A stretch of 64,000 nucleotides of DNA from Lama glama (GCA_028534125.1 CM052832.1:9364001-9428000); one strand, 5' to 3'. Positions 22,813 through 36,969 are shown, counted from the stretch's first letter. The notes: generated from the letters alone by a model not told the origin. Numbers and translations are program-made.

Positions 22813-23375
22813 ATGCTGTATCTTTATTTGTGGCCCCCTTGGCATGCAGGGTTGTTAGGGCAGGAGCTCTGTAGTAAGAAGAGAAAGCCTTAGAGTTACA
22901 AGCTTTTATTGCTGGGAAAGAGATGCAGTATTCCATAGCTGGAGCAGATGGTTCTATGGACTAGAAAGTTGGAGGACATTTACTGCAGAGCAGAGGTGAC
23001 CTGGGATAGACTGGTGATCTCCTTGTTTTTTCAGGTCTTAGGTTTCATAGTTCCGTATGTCAGTGGTGAAGTTGTGGTTGCCAAACTTGGTCAGCCTCAA
23101 TGAAATTTGGATGGTTCCTCATTCAGTATTTCCTGACCACCTTCTATAGCCTCCTTGATGGGCTTCTAAAAAAGGAGACTCTTAGAACCAAAGCCTGGGA
23201 AAAATGGGTTATCTCTTAGCACTGTATCATCTTGGGTGTTTACTCCGTTTTGTTGGGGGGAGAAAAAGAGAGTAAACTACAATAAAACTATTCCCTGTTC
23301 CATTAGAGATCAGTATCTTATAGTGTCACTTCAAATGCATACAAACATGGTAACGTCCACATGGATGCAGGTCGT

Positions 23376-23380
23376 ACACA

Positions 23381-23416
<36 letters not shown>
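23376..23416. repeat. (CA)n microsatellite
   Basis: direct reading. Confidence 0.95.
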
Positions 23417-23417
<1 letters not shown>

Positions 23418-23439
23418 CTGTGCCAGGTGGAATACCTTA

Positions 23440-25930
23440 AAATAAAATAAGGCCTTTGAAAATCCTTTTAAACTTTCAAAGAACAGATAATTCCTGTGTT
23501 ATGTAAAGTGTTCCAGGATTTAGAAAAAAGATGGAAAACTTCCAGATCCTACTTTCAAGCAAGCATCACCCTGATAACAAATCTGGCAAGTCCCCAAAGG
23601 GAGGCTGTGTACCAGTCTCGCTTGGGAATATGGAAATGTTAGATAAAAGTCTAGTGAGTAGATTTCAACAGTGGAGCATGTGAATGTTCCACCATACCGC
23701 AGAAGGTTATATTCCTGGAATGAAAGGAATGGCTTCATATACATATATTTTCATTTGATTCACATACATTGTTGAACTAAAAATATGTAATAATCTCATT
23801 AATTTCAAAAATGCATTCAGTCAGTTCAACTTCCAATTTTTACAAACCACTTAAAAAGGAATATATAAAATGACCATTTCTTAATCTAATAAAGGAGATT
23901 GAGTTCATACAGTCCTTTGGTGTTATACTTTATTGGGGGCCTGTAAAGGCATCAATGGATATGACTGAGATGAAAAAGCCAATGCAGAAAGTTATAAAAA
24001 TTGTAACTTTAGAGAATAAATACTGTAAAGAAAAATTTTTAAATTACCATTAACTACAGATTACTTAGCTATAAACCAAGGAGAGCTAAAAGAGATTAAC
24101 TAAAAACCTTATTTCTAAATGGTGAGATTAAAATTAAGGATGTGGATACTTCTGGAATTAGTTCATGAGTTTAATGCCATTCCTCTCAAAGTCCCATCAG
24201 GATTTTTAAAAATTTCACCAGATGGTTCTCTAAGTCTATTTAGAAAAATAAGTAGATGAGAATCTCAAGGGGAATTATGAAAATGGTTTCTGGGGAAGGA
24301 AGTTAGAGCTGTTGGATATTAAAATATAGAACACTACCAGATATTAAAATGCATTATGAAACCTTTGTAATGAAAACACTCTGGTCCTGGCATTAGAGGA
24401 GGAAGTAGGTAAGTGAATGAGGATAGTTCAGAAATAGGGTCTCACATAAATTATTTAATAAATCATAAAGAAGTCATCGCAAATCAATGGGGAAGGGAAG
24501 CTTATTCAATAAATAATCTTGATGCCTAGTTAGCAGTTGGGAAAAAATCATTTTGACTTTATCAAAATGAATTGCAGGTGGATTAAACAATTAAGTGCAA
24601 AATGTAGATGCATTGGAAATCAACAGAATTGAATACTGCTTAGAAACAAAAGGAAAACATTCAAAAAGGAAAAGCAGAGTCCCTCAAATTACAGGATAAT
24701 CAAAGATTTCTACATATTAAAAACTAGTGGGGAAACAACAGCCTGGGAAAAGATTTACAGTAACATGACAGAATTAATATCTTTGTTACATGAAATGCTC
24801 AAAAAATTAAAAAGAGGTACAAAAACCTTGGTAGAATACTTGAATAACTAAATACAACACTAAACAAATATATGGAGAATGTTCAGTTTTATAATAAGAG
24901 ATATGTAGATTAAAACAGCAGTAAAGTACTATTTTAATGTGTTAGCACAAACACCCCAATTTTAATGATAATCTCTGATTCTGGTGTTATTCCAATATTA
25001 TGAAGCAATTTTACAGTATATTAAAGAGCCATACATTTGATCCAGTAATACCAGTTCTGTAGACCCATCTTCCCACACCCCACCATGAAGGAAATAATAA
25101 AAATACTTAATATGTTATTTAGACAAAGATGCTCCCTGATGCATTATTTATAAAGCAGGCACGCACACTCACACAGACACATACACACACACACAATTAA
25201 TGTCCAACAGTTGGGTAACTATAAAATAAAATAGTTCTTCTCTCAGCATAATATTCTACTATAATGAATAATTATTTTGAAGATACGTAGCCTTGTGATG
25301 AGATATTTACAATATAATTTTCTGTGCAGAAATTGCAGTATAAACTGTGGCATCGTCTTACTGTGGACTACAGCTGTATTAGCTGTGCGGTTAAAAAGAA
25401 TGAATCACGGCTGCTGTGACAAGAGAGAAAGATCTTAGGAATAGTACGTTAAGTAAAAAAGCAAGTGGCAGAATTGCTGCGATGTGATTGCAATTGCGTA
25501 AGGTTCAGATGCATGCAAAACCAATGATACAGTATTTAGACATCCACATGCATGTGGCAAGGCCTCTAGGACCAAGTTAGCAGAGACAGAGATTCAGGAC
25601 AGTGATGGGAGGAGAGGGTAGGATGAGGGAGCAGCCCATGGGGACTACCTAAGGGATTGGTAAAGTTCTCTTCCTCAAGCTGGACTATGGACACCTGCAT
25701 ATATCATTGCTACTTTTTTATACCCATAACATAAGCTACAGATATTTTAAATGCATTTAATGTTAAATAAAGAAATATTAAAACCAGTTTTCACTAATTT
25801 CAATAGGTACAAAATGTGTATCCCTAATAAAGATGGTGGGGAATGTATAGGTAACAGTGTTAGAGGGGTGAAATTATGAGTAGTTCATACTTTCATTTTC
25901 TCTCATTTCCAAATTTTAAATTATGTGTTT
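23440..25930 (+). mobile_element. Ancient L1 (L1M/L1ME-like), decayed ORF2 and 3' end
   Basis: 'actttcaaagaacagataattcct...gcaagcatcaccctgataac' translates to TFKEQIIP...ASITLI of L1 ORF2; A-rich + strand. Confidence 0.85.
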
Positions 25931-26329
25931 ACATTACATTGTTTAAAAAAAAAAAAGGAAGGAAAATTGAAGACAACTGCAGTTACAGGATGACATAAGC
26001 TTCCAGCAGAGGATGTGCTGTTGCTCAGAGCATGGTGGAGTACAGCACTGCAGCAGAAGGGGAGCTGGATTTAAACCATAAAAGCAATGTGTCTGGAGGC
26101 TAAATTAGTCCGTCAATAGTCACTGAGCACCCTTGTGTGGGAAAGTGTTGGCTTAGCCTGTCTTCCGAAAAAAGACTTTTGGACACTGAGTTTTAATGAA
26201 TTGCTGAAATGGATGAATTAGAAGGGCTGGTGTTTCTTTGGGTTCGTTTAAAAATTTTTTTTAGCTTTATTGTTTTGTCTGATTACAAAAATAATACAGT
26301 TGATTTGAAATACTCTTAAAAAAACAATA

Positions 26330-26970
26330 ATAGAACCTGAAGTTCATTAGACATTAAAACTAGATCTCAGTTGAAATGAAATACAAGGGATAGAGAAGCC
26401 TGTTAAAAGACACCACAGGGATGCACTCGAAGTTCTTGGGACCTATGATGAATATGTTGCTCAATAAATAAAATGGCATGGGAAAGGATGGGGGGGTAGC
26501 TATGTGATAAATTTTAAAAGACTCAAAAGACATAACTAGCTGCAAATGTAAATCTTATTTGGATCCTGATTTAAACGACCTAACTATGAACAGGCACTTG
26601 TGAGAAAATTGGAGAAATTGAAACAATGATTGGATATTTGATGTTAAATTATTAATTTTAGGTGTGATATTGTCATAATGGTTATATTTTAAAGATACAC
26701 ACTGAAGTATTTATGGACAAATGACATATCTGATGTTTCCTTTAAGACAATGGCTAGTTTGAATATGTTCATTATAAAAAGTCCTTATGTCTCATACATA
26801 TATGATATATCCAGAACTTATATTAAAATAATTCAGGGGTAGGGGGCAAGGAGGGGTATGGATGAAATAAAAGTCAACTGTATATGATAATTGAAGCTGG
26901 GCAAAGGGTAAATATAATCTTGCTACTTTTGTATATGTTTATTATTTTTCATAATGAAATAAAATTTATA
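26330..26970 (+). mobile_element. Old L1 3' end (L1MC-like)
   Basis: 'aaagactcaaaagacataac...cttatttggatcctgatttaaac...gatggatatttgatg'-type 3' UTR. Confidence 0.7.
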
Positions 26971-26979
26971 CATTTTCAA

Positions 26980-29400
26980 CTATGAAAATGTATAATATAT
27001 AGAAAAGTATAAATATATAAAATATAGAAAAGAAGGAAATGAAAGTCATCCATAATCCTACCCCCTGAAGAGAACAACATTTTGATAAAAATCCTTCTAT
27101 ACTTTTGCCTTATGCACTTACAACATAAATTCTTACACATATACACTTTTAAACAATCAAGAAATTATACTAGCTGTATTGTTTTATACCCTGCTTTTTT
27201 ATACATACATTTATGGCATAATTTTGCTTTAACGCATTTAGATCTTCATCATACTTCAAAATTGTGGCTCTGTATTATTCTAATATGTGAATACACATAC
27301 ATGCCATGATTTATCTGTCTAACAAGTACCTTGCAGATGAATTTCTAAGTTGTTTCCTTTTATCCCTGTTCAAACAATTCTACACACTTGTTTCTTTTGA
27401 CAAATATCTAGAAGGACAAAGGGTTTTTAAGGCTTTTTCCCCCCATCATGCTGAACTATTTGTTGAAAATGTGATACCATTTTGAACTCCCGTTTCACCA
27501 TTATCTCAGCCATACTGGGTGCTACATTCACAATATTCTAAACATTTGCCAATCTGATAGAAGGATAAAGATCATCTTATTTTAATTTGCATTTATTTGA
27601 TTGTTAGTGAGTTTTGAAAATCTTTTCATAAGTGTATGTCAGTATTTCTTATTTTTGTGACTAGGTGTTTATATCTTTTCCCCTAGGTATTGTATTTCTC
27701 CCTCATTTATTGATTCATAAGTGCTCTTTACATATTAAATGATAGTAATATTTCATATATTGTATAAATTGCTATTTTTCCTAGTTTGTTGTCATTTAAC
27801 TTTGGGTCATTTTGGAACAATCATTTTTCTGGAATTGTTTTAGTAGATTTTTAAAGGTTATAAATCTAGATTTTTTTTCCCTTTGAGTCTTTGTAATTAT
27901 CTACATTTTGATATTTGTAACCTTATTCAATATTTTACCAAGAGATTTTATTATATAGTGTTCCCCTCTAAAATATGCCTTTTTATTTTAATAAATTTAT
28001 TGGTTATCAAATAAGATGTTTATTGTGGAAAGAATACATTTTAAAAAATTTACCTTATACTTTGTCATACAGTTCATTAGATAAAATTTGGTATTTTACC
28101 TTTCAGTAATTTTTCTGTATGTGTATATTAGTTAGAGTAACACTTGCCAAAGAAACAGTTAAAATCCCAAATTACAGCTTCACACAGTAGAGGTTTATTT
28201 CTTACTCAGTCCAACGTAGCTGCTGCTGATTGGTGGTCAGCCCTCCAGTGAGTGATTCAGGAGCCTAGGCTCCTTCCATCTTACGGCTCTTTCATTCCCT
28301 AGGACTTTGGGGTCCTCTGCATCTAGTTGGCAGATGGAGGAAGAGAGCTTGGAGAAGGTGCACCACTTTCTAACTACCTCAGCCTGAAAGTGTCTGCTAT
28401 CACCCCTGCCTATATTCCATTGGTGGGAATAGTCACATGGTGCCACCTAGACACAGGGGATGCTGGGAAATGAAGTCCCTGGCTTGGCAGCCACTTTCCA
28501 GTAAAACCCTACTCTCTGGAAAGAGGAATATGGATATTTGTTGGATATTTAGCTGAATCTGCTGCCATTTTGCATTTATAGTGCAATAAATACTGCATTT
28601 ATAATGCATATAAGCATAGAGATTATACATATACATATAAATATGTATTGTATTTATAAGGCATATAAAATATATGATATATATTTTCTTTGCAAAATTG
28701 AATTATCCTATTGAGAGTTTTGAATTTTAGCATCATTTTGTGAGCATTTCCCTGCATCTTTAAGTCTTTTTCAGAAACATGAGTTTTAATGTCTACATAT
28801 CATTCCTTGTATTGATATATCAAAATTCATTTAACCATTTTTCTATTACAGTATAGTTAGGTTTTTCTATGTTTTTGTTGTTATGAACAGTGCCGTTGTA
28901 ACTGTCCTTGTGCATAAATCTTCGAGTATTCCTCTGATTACTTCCTCAGGGAGAATTTTTGCTCAGTGTTAAGGCTGGTGATACGTATTACCAGATGGCC
29001 CTTCAGAAATGTGGACTAATTTACACTCATCAGTGGCGCCTGAGGGTTCTTATTTCAAAGCACCCATGACTGTCCTCGCCATTATAGTTGTTTTGGTTTT
29101 TGCCAATTTGTTGAAGATGGTATTGCATTGTTTTAATTTGAAAGTTTTGTTTAATAATGGGTTTGAACATTTTTTCATGAAGCCATCAGTAATCTTTTTT
29201 GGGCTGTGTGTGAATTGCCTCTTTGCATCTTTTCTCATTTTTATTTTGCAGTGTTCCCTCTTTCTTCAGTCATTCGTAAGAGATTTTTAGGCAGTATGTG
29301 TATTAACTTGTCATATGTTATAAATATTTTAATCTAGCTTCTCCTCACCTTGATTTTGCTTCCTAATCTAATTTTTTTAGATTAAACTCTACAGTTGGAA
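26980..29400 (-). mobile_element. Ancient L1 fragments (L1ME-like), interrupted by an LTR
   Basis: 'tttgccaatctgatag...ttttaatttgcatttatttgatt'; T-rich + strand. Confidence 0.75.
28121..28568 (-). mobile_element. MaLR solo LTR (MLT1I/J-like)
   Basis: 'gtgattcaggagcctaggctccttccatctt...attccattggtgggaatagtcacatgg'. Confidence 0.8.
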
Positions 29401-29839
29401 CCCTGGTGTGTGATATCACACCCACTGATTCTGTCTGGCTAGCAGTACTCCTGAGATTAATACCATTTAAAGAAGCCATGCAGATTCTTTTTTTCTGACC
29501 CATCTTAGGTTTGAAGATTCTTAATGTGAATTTTAGTTATCTGCGAGTAATGGGATTTAAAGTAATCATCAAGAAAATTGACACGTTGTAATTGACTGTA
29601 CTTCAATTAAAAAAAAAAGGATATGGACTCGACAAGAAGGATTTGGGGCACTGGTCTAAGTCAGCCATGGGGTGTTGAGATCTGCTTTATCTTCCCAGGA
29701 TACCTAGGAGAGATGGGGAGACAGGCTGATAGATGGTATCTGAGGACTCCGTGGTTTTAGCTAAGTGGAGTCTCAGAGGCCCTCTGGCTGTTTTTCATGT
29801 TAGATCTTATTAAAAACACGTGTAGTAGAGTGGCAGGGA

Positions 29840-29970
29840 ACCAAATTAGGGATCAGGGAGCTGAGTTGTAGCCCTAGCTCTGCCACCACTGACTGCGACC
29901 CTGAGCAAGTCTGTTGTCCAATCAATGCCTCAGTTTTACTGTTCTGCAAAATGCAAGGGGTTGTTGTAGG
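29840..29970 (+). mobile_element. MIR SINE
   Basis: 'ctagctctgccaccactgactgcgaccctgagcaagt...gcctcagtttt'. Confidence 0.8.
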
Positions 29971-30759
29971 TGATGTTTTGGGTGCCTGAATTCCAGGGCT
30001 GTGCAGCCGAGTTCTCCATGAGGCCTCTTTTACATTCACCACCATCCTCTGACCTGTATCAGATGGTGGGTGAGCTCCGGGAGCAGGGAGGTTAGCCTCT
30101 TTGGTCTCCTGCGTGATTTATGAAAGAAATCAATCCAGTGTCTATCTGCTTCAGATATAATGTGATCTAAATGTGATACTCACCTAATAAGATTAGAGGA
30201 ATCTAATATGGTGTTCCTCTAAAACACAAATACTGCGCCACTTTTAATTGTAGTAGCCAAATTAAATTACTCATCCCAAATTCGATTTCCAGCTAACTTA
30301 ATTTGAACATGAGCTCAGAACTGCAGGCCCAGAGTAATTTTTTAAGATATAAAAGAAATCAATGGGATACCTGGACTGTTCCTCTGGGCACTTCAGTGGT
30401 TACCAGAAAAAAGAATAAGTAAACATCTGGAGGAAACCTGCGGAAGTGGAGCTGAGACAGAAACTCTAATTCTTCATCTTATTATAGAGGGTTTTTTTAC
30501 CCCCTTCCATCACTAGGACCCTCACGGGTCTTGGTAGACAGGAAGGAAATAAAGGCAGGCCCAGTCATCACTGAAGACTTATTGCTTATCACTGCCTTTC
30601 TTCTTTTTGTTCCTCGAGTGACTCTCTTAATGTATTCACTCCCTCGGATGTACACCAGATAGAAAGTGGCTTCCTGAGTTGTTGATGGAGCCAGAAGGAT
30701 TTGTTGAGGGACTGGAGAGGTTTATAACATTGATGAGCCATATTTTCGCTCATTTTATG

Positions 30760-31230
30760 TCAATCAGGTGACAGATTAACTGAAAACCAACCCAGATTGG
30801 TTTAAGCAAGAATAGAAAATGTATTGGCTTATGTAATAGAGCAGTCCATGAGCAGATCCCGGCAGCGGGAGAGGCTTTATCGAGGGCTCCAGGGAAGTAC
30901 CTAAGGATGAGTTTTTCTCCTTCATTGTTGGTTCCTTTCTCAGGCATGATCTCCCCTTCTGGCCCCAAGATGGCAGCCCAGGCTCTTGTTTCTTTGTTCT
31001 CATATAGTGGGAAAAAGAAGATGGCTCCCTTGATGGGTCAGCCAAAGGCTTGTAATTGAGTCTAGTTGCCCCTAGTTGGCTCGACTTGCATCCTGTGCTT
31101 TCCTGAACCAGTACCACGTGGAGGGGATGGGATGAATTGACTGGGGGATTCAGAGGACTGTTGGGAAAGTAGACTGGGTAGTGAAGCTGGGTAGGGGGAG
31201 CACCTGCAAACCTCCATGGCCCACTATACA
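30760..31230 (-). mobile_element. MaLR solo LTR (MLT1K/L-like)
   Basis: 'aaaaccaacccagattggtttaagcaagaatagaaaatgtattggcttatgtaa...aagatggcagcc'. Confidence 0.7.
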
Positions 31231-33109
31231 GAGCCTTCTGCTTTTCCCGGCACTCAGGCTTAACATTTTTCTCGCTTGAGTAAATGAGCCTGAGAAGTAG
31301 ATAGGACATGTTCACGGATGAGGAAGTAAGGTTCACCATGCGATCAACTCACCCAATGCATTGTCAGTGGTAGAGTTAGGACCAAATTCAGTGTCTTGCG
31401 AGTCTTCCATCTGTTTTCGCTGCATCCTGACTTCTTTCTACCAACCCCTCCCATGGGCTCCTCCTTCCCACTCTCCCCCGACCAGTGCAGGGTTCTTCAT
31501 TAAATAGACAGTCAGTCAATAGTTGTTAACTTCTTATTGACCGACCAGTGTGCCATCAGACTACACGTGGCCTTTCTGCTCATACTTTGTGAATATCATT
31601 ATAGCAAAAACCAATGCGGTCGATTCCCAGTTTTTAATTTGTAGATTGTCCCTAGTAATTCAGTTTCTTTCTTTGAATTATGGAGTTCTTCTAACAGAAG
31701 GATGGAGTTTGGATCACTTGAGGATAGACATACTGAAAGGGGCTAAGGTGTATGTGTGTGCGTGTGTGTGTGTATGTGTGTGTGAACATGCACACGTATC
31801 TGTGTTACAAAATTAAGTGTTTCAATTCCCTGCCTCCTTAGCATGGACCACTGAAATTAGATTTGATGCCTGTCTTTCCACTTCAATGTAACTTACATTT
31901 GTGAAAGTCACTGTTGGCAAGGTCCCCCACTTACTCAAACCAAAGACCTGTGAATAGGTGTGCCATTTTGAAACATTTTGAGTAATGACTATATATTGGT
32001 TTTTCATCTTGGGGAAAAATTGCAAGTGCCCATTGTCTTCCCCTTGCCTGGGAAGGCCTCCCACAGCAGTAGTTTATCTCAGGTTTTACTTCCACTTCCT
32101 CTAGGAAGCTGTAGACTTTCTCCAGCTCTGTTTCTCTTTGTGCTGAAGGTCTGCATTCCACAGTTAGCACTTCGCCCTGTCTCCTGTGTTGCACTGTTTC
32201 ATATGTATGCGTTTTGTCTCCTGGATCATTTGATTAACTCTTGGAGGTCAGTGTCTGTTCTTTCCATTTTTTTCTCCCTTCCTCCCTCCCTCCCTCCCTC
32301 CTCCATGCTAAAGTGAGGTGGATGATCAGTGATATATGGTTCAGTCACTGGGGTAGGTGCCCCACATCAGCATCATTGTATTCACAGTGGTTTTACAATT
32401 GTCTGGTTACTGGCCTCTATTCCTCCAATATAGTTCTTGGCGTATGTTAAAAGCAGTGTGATTAAGTGTTGACGAATTGAATGATTCTCACCTTTTCTAC
32501 ATCAGCCCCACCCTGCCTCCTGCCCCCATCACTGAACCATAACTTCTTTGTGTTCTCCATGGTCCCTAACAGTGTCTGCCACACCGTAAATGCTCTTTAA
32601 GTCCTTGTTGAGTGAATGGATTTTACCCTCTCGGGACCTGCCTTGGGGAGAGGCAGATGGAAAATGAAGCTCTAAGGGTAGAGGGGGATGGAGACTGGAC
32701 AGGGATAGGTTCAAGGACTAGGTGCTTGGACCCCTCCCTCCCTGATTTCCAAGTACAGATAGGGCACTTCCCTAAAAGCAGAGTGCTGTGTCCTCTCCTG
32801 GCTGGGCAGCTGGGGAGCCTGATGCCTGAGAAACAGCTGAGTGAAGGACAGTGGCTGCAGTTCTAGGGTCTATTGTAATAACAGTAAAGAATTGTCTCTT
32901 CTGCCTGATCCCCTTCAGACATCTGCGTGGTCGAGACGAGAGGACTCAAGCCAGAAGGAGGGGCACATGGTTGCCTCTCTATGTTGACCTCTCATCCTTC
33001 CCATTGCCCTGGGGGGTGTCAGTGAGCAGTGACAGGTCCTCGAAGGAGGGAGGCAGAGCACCAAGGGGTGAGTGAGCAATCCCTTAGCTTCCGAGTGGCG
33101 TGGTACCAC

Positions 33110-33223
33110 TGGGCTGACCAACCTGTCACAGTTTGCCTGAGACTGTCCTGGTGTTAGTCCTGGATGTCCTGAGTCCTGAGCCACCCCTCAGTCCTTGCCA
33201 GACCAGGACAGATGGTCACTTTA
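33110..33223. mobile_element. hAT-Blackjack MITE (MER81-like)
   Basis: inverted termini tgggctgacc...ggtcacttta; 8-bp TSD ggtaccac/gatgccac. Confidence 0.8.
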
Positions 33224-34884
33224 GATGCCACTTGCTCCCTTCCCTGCCCTGGCCAGCTGTCTTGATTTCTTTTCCCTTTGTGAAGTCCTCGATTTGGCCT
33301 TTGTCATCCTCTTCTTTTGCCATCTCCACTGCTTCTAACCCCAGCTCTTTCAGGCTAAGCCACGAGCCTTGCCTGCATCTCTACTCTTAGAGGTCTCTCA
33401 GATCAGTGTTCTGAAGCGCTGCAAGGGGACCAGAGTTCCTGGATCTGGGTGAACAGGTGCTGCCTCCTCTTCCTCTCAGGCTCCACTTGGCTTCTGAAAT
33501 CAATGGAGCTGTGAAAGCTTCTGTCTTAGAGTTAAAACTCATCTGGCTCCGGGGGAGTGTGTCCCCTCTGGGGGAGACTCTGTCGTACACATGTGTGTGG
33601 CTCTGCCTGGGAGGCCGGGCAGGGGAAGGGTCCGTGCTGGTGGGGCTCTGTCTGCCACCCCGTGGGGCTGTGGCCCTCAGGCCCTGCCTTCTGAGCACAC
33701 ATAGGCCCGGCTCTCAGCAAGGCCCAGGGGCAGCCGGTCCTCTTCCCCGATGAAGCCTCCTTGCCCTCACTTACCTCTGTTCTCAGAACTCTTACTACAC
33801 GCAGAGTAAGTGCTGCTGCGCTAAGTGAATGTGATTGTTCTCTTCCATCTCTCTCGGGTGTAGCCCTTCCTTGAATGCAGACTCCTTATCTTCGGTTTCC
33901 TTTCCTTCCCCCTCTCGGCACCTGGCCTCGCACTGGGCCCCCAGCTGGGCATGACTTGACACAGGTTGTTGTTGACAGCGCCTCGGTGATTTGTGGGTGA
34001 TGGAGGACGAGTGAGTCATGGGTGGGCTCCCCGGGGGCACCTGCGTGCAGAACACGTGGAGGAGGCGGGCAGGGTGGAGACTGCGCCCTAGCTGGGCCTG
34101 GGGTCTTGGGTGGAATTCAGTTCTCCGAGCTTCCTCTTTAACCCTGGCATGAGAAAATGAGGCTTTTTCTTTTTCTTTTTCTTTTTTAACGTGAAGTGAG
34201 GTTTTAGTTGCAAAGTACCTCACGTGATGACTTAGATTCACTTTACATTTTCTAGAACCTTCAAAAGTAATTTAAAAATAATCACAGGCTTAAACAATTC
34301 TGAGACTGCTCTAGAGAGGCAGAAAGTGGATTTTGATTTTTATAGAATTTTCCTTTTTTGATTCCATTCCTTTGGAGAAGAGTTCTGAAGGAGGAGCTGC
34401 TGAGTCCCAGGCCCTGTAGACCTAATTCTGTGATTTCTCTCGGCGTTGCTGAGTGATGAGTGGAGGTGCCCCAGGACCCACCATCGGGGAGGGAGTCCTC
34501 TGTGCTGTCACTGGTCCTGACCTCCTGCTTCGGTCCCCAACAACCAGCTGCTTGCTTCTGCCTTGTGTGTTGGCCACCAGTGCTCATAGGTGTTTGTTTT
34601 CAACTGTAAATAGCTTTAGAAATGTATGGGAATAATACATGGTCTTTATAAAGCCTTTGGAAGGAAGTTAAAACTGGTTTTATTTCTACTGCTTAGAAAC
34701 AACCACAGTGAACAGTTTCATGTGTATCTTTCTAGATTTTTTTCCTGTACCCTCACACATGTGCTCAGACACTGGCAGAATATATTTATACAGATGGGAT
34801 CATTTTATATAAAACACAAGGGCCTGCTCTTTTTTGCTTAACAATATATTACGGACGTTTTCATTGTGTCAATAAAGATGAATT

Positions 34885-35250
34885 TGTCATTCGTTCAGCG
34901 AATACTCACCAAATGCCTGCCACGTATCTAGCATTGCTCTGGGTGCTGGAGGTATAGCATTGAACAAAAGAGAGAAAATTCCTTGCCCTCGTGGAACCTT
35001 GGGTCTAGTTGGAGCAACTGGCAATAAAATATGCTGTGTAGTGGGCTAGAAGGTGATAAGTCCTATGGGGGGAAAATGAGATGAGGAAGGTGAGTGAGTG
35101 ATGGGGTAAAGTGTATTTCACAGTTTTAAACAGGGTGGTCAGTGAGAGGGAGGCCTTTGAGCAAGCCCAGGGCCTGTGATGTTTAGCGAAGGGCGTGCAT
35201 CGCTGGGAGGCTGCCAGGGGGATTTCTGTAGTTGGGGCTGGAGGACATAC
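34885..35250 (-). mobile_element. L2 3' end
   Basis: 'cattcgttcagcgaatactcacc...ccttgccctcgtggaac...ggtggtcagtgagaggg'. Confidence 0.75.
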
Positions 35251-35409
35251 ACCAGCTGAGCCTTGGGAGCTCGAAGCAGGACCCACTCAGGTCCCTTGTG
35301 GTAGAAAATCCAGACTTGAGCCTTCAAGCATGGTCCTATCTCGGTCATTACCAATAATAATGACCATTGTTTAGGTAACATGTTACAGTTTCCAAAGCAG
35401 CTTTTTATC

Positions 35410-35590
35410 AGTTACCCTGGCCCTGCTGCTTATTTGCTGTACAATTTTGGGCAAATAACCCACCCTCTCTGGGCCTCGGTTTTCTCCTATGTGAAATAAT
35501 AGGGTTCTTGTACAGTGTACATGAGTTCATCCAAGTGCCTAGAACAGTGCTGGTGGAGCTATTACCAAAAAGTTGTTATTCTTATTATTA
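35410..35590 (+). mobile_element. MIR SINE
   Basis: 'ttgggcaaataacccaccctctctgggcctcggttttctc...aagtgcctagaacagtgc'. Confidence 0.8.
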
Positions 35591-36458
35591 TCGTTATTGC
35601 TTTCATTTATTACTTGAGACAGTTGTGTGAGGAGGACGTTGTGCTCAGGTTAGGGATGCAGAAGCTAAGGCTAGAGGAGATTTGCAGCCCTTCACAAGTT
35701 CAGGTGGAGCAGGGTCTCAGGCTCCACTCCCAGCTAGGTCTGTGCAAGCACCTGCCTTCCTCCAGGTGGGTGCAGCTGCTCCTGCTTCAGGTGGCCCAGG
35801 AGACATGCCCACTACCTTCCTGATGGCTCTATAGACTCCTCCGAAGAGAAGCAGCTCTCGGGGGGTTGATAGGGGGAGCATGGCTGGTCTGAGCAGGAAG
35901 AAGGAAGGATTTGGAGCTTCCACAGGGAAGGACTGAGACTCTGCAGCTCTGCTCGGCATCCTCACTGCTGTCCATTTGGCGTCAGGGCATCATCTCCTTC
36001 CCCTCCAGTTGCTGCAGACACCAGCTTGTAATGATTCCTCTTAAGAACTTGGAGAGGAACATGATACTTAGTGACTTTTCTAGTTTCACATTTCTGACTT
36101 TCAGAAGTATTGCTCTTCTATTGTCTGCAGAAGATTGTTGAAAAGCAGCACCACCACACCTATAACCAAACCCCATAACCGTTATCACTCGCCTCCTTCC
36201 AGAAGGTTTCCTGGCAGCAGCCTCACAGCTCACCTGGTCCTAACAGGCCCTCACGTATGTAGGCCATACCCTTTGGACAACACATTTAAAGGATCCTTGA
36301 GTCTGAATGAACTTGGGGGACTAGTGTCTAGAGTCATTTTTTCCCCTGAGGTCAAACCCCCACCCCCGCCCACCCCGCTGTGCACAGGGACAACCTCCGA
36401 GCATGCAGCATCGGGTTTACCTCGTGTCTAGTTCTCTGAAATGGAACGCGGAGCATGT

Positions 36459-36472
36459 GTTACCATGGAAAC
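36459..36472. promoter_or_regulatory. RFX X-box motif
   Basis: GTTACCATGGAAAC matches GTTNCCATGGNAAC; binding not demonstrated. Confidence 0.5.
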
Positions 36473-36969
36473 CGTAATATAAATGGTGGCTATGTGTAGT
36501 TAAAATAGCACTGTTAGTTTTATGCTGTAGGTGCATTACGAGTTCAGAAGGCTTTTGTGGGCTGGCCTGGGAGTCTAACCATCATTTTAAATATGGTTTC
36601 TGTGGCTACATGCTGTCAGGATTCTAAAGACATTACTTTTAAGCAAACTTTAGAGCAAGTTGTGTGTAACAGGGAAATTGACAGTCGGTAATTTATATTA
36701 TATTTTCTTACCATCTCTTGGGGTTTCTTATATCCCAGGACTCCAGATGGAGTGTAAGCTCCTGGGAAGTCCTGTGGCAGATGGATGGAGCTGTGGCTCA
36801 ACAGTAGCACGTTCAGAAACGGTGTCAGGGTGTTGGTATGAGTCAGTGCTTGGCGGAGCTGCCAGATGCTATGGCAGAGTAAGGACTCCACTGGGAACAA
36901 GGTAACTGACTTTGGGGGCATACCTGAGTACCACACCCCAAGAGGGGCTTAACTGGATGGTATAAGACT

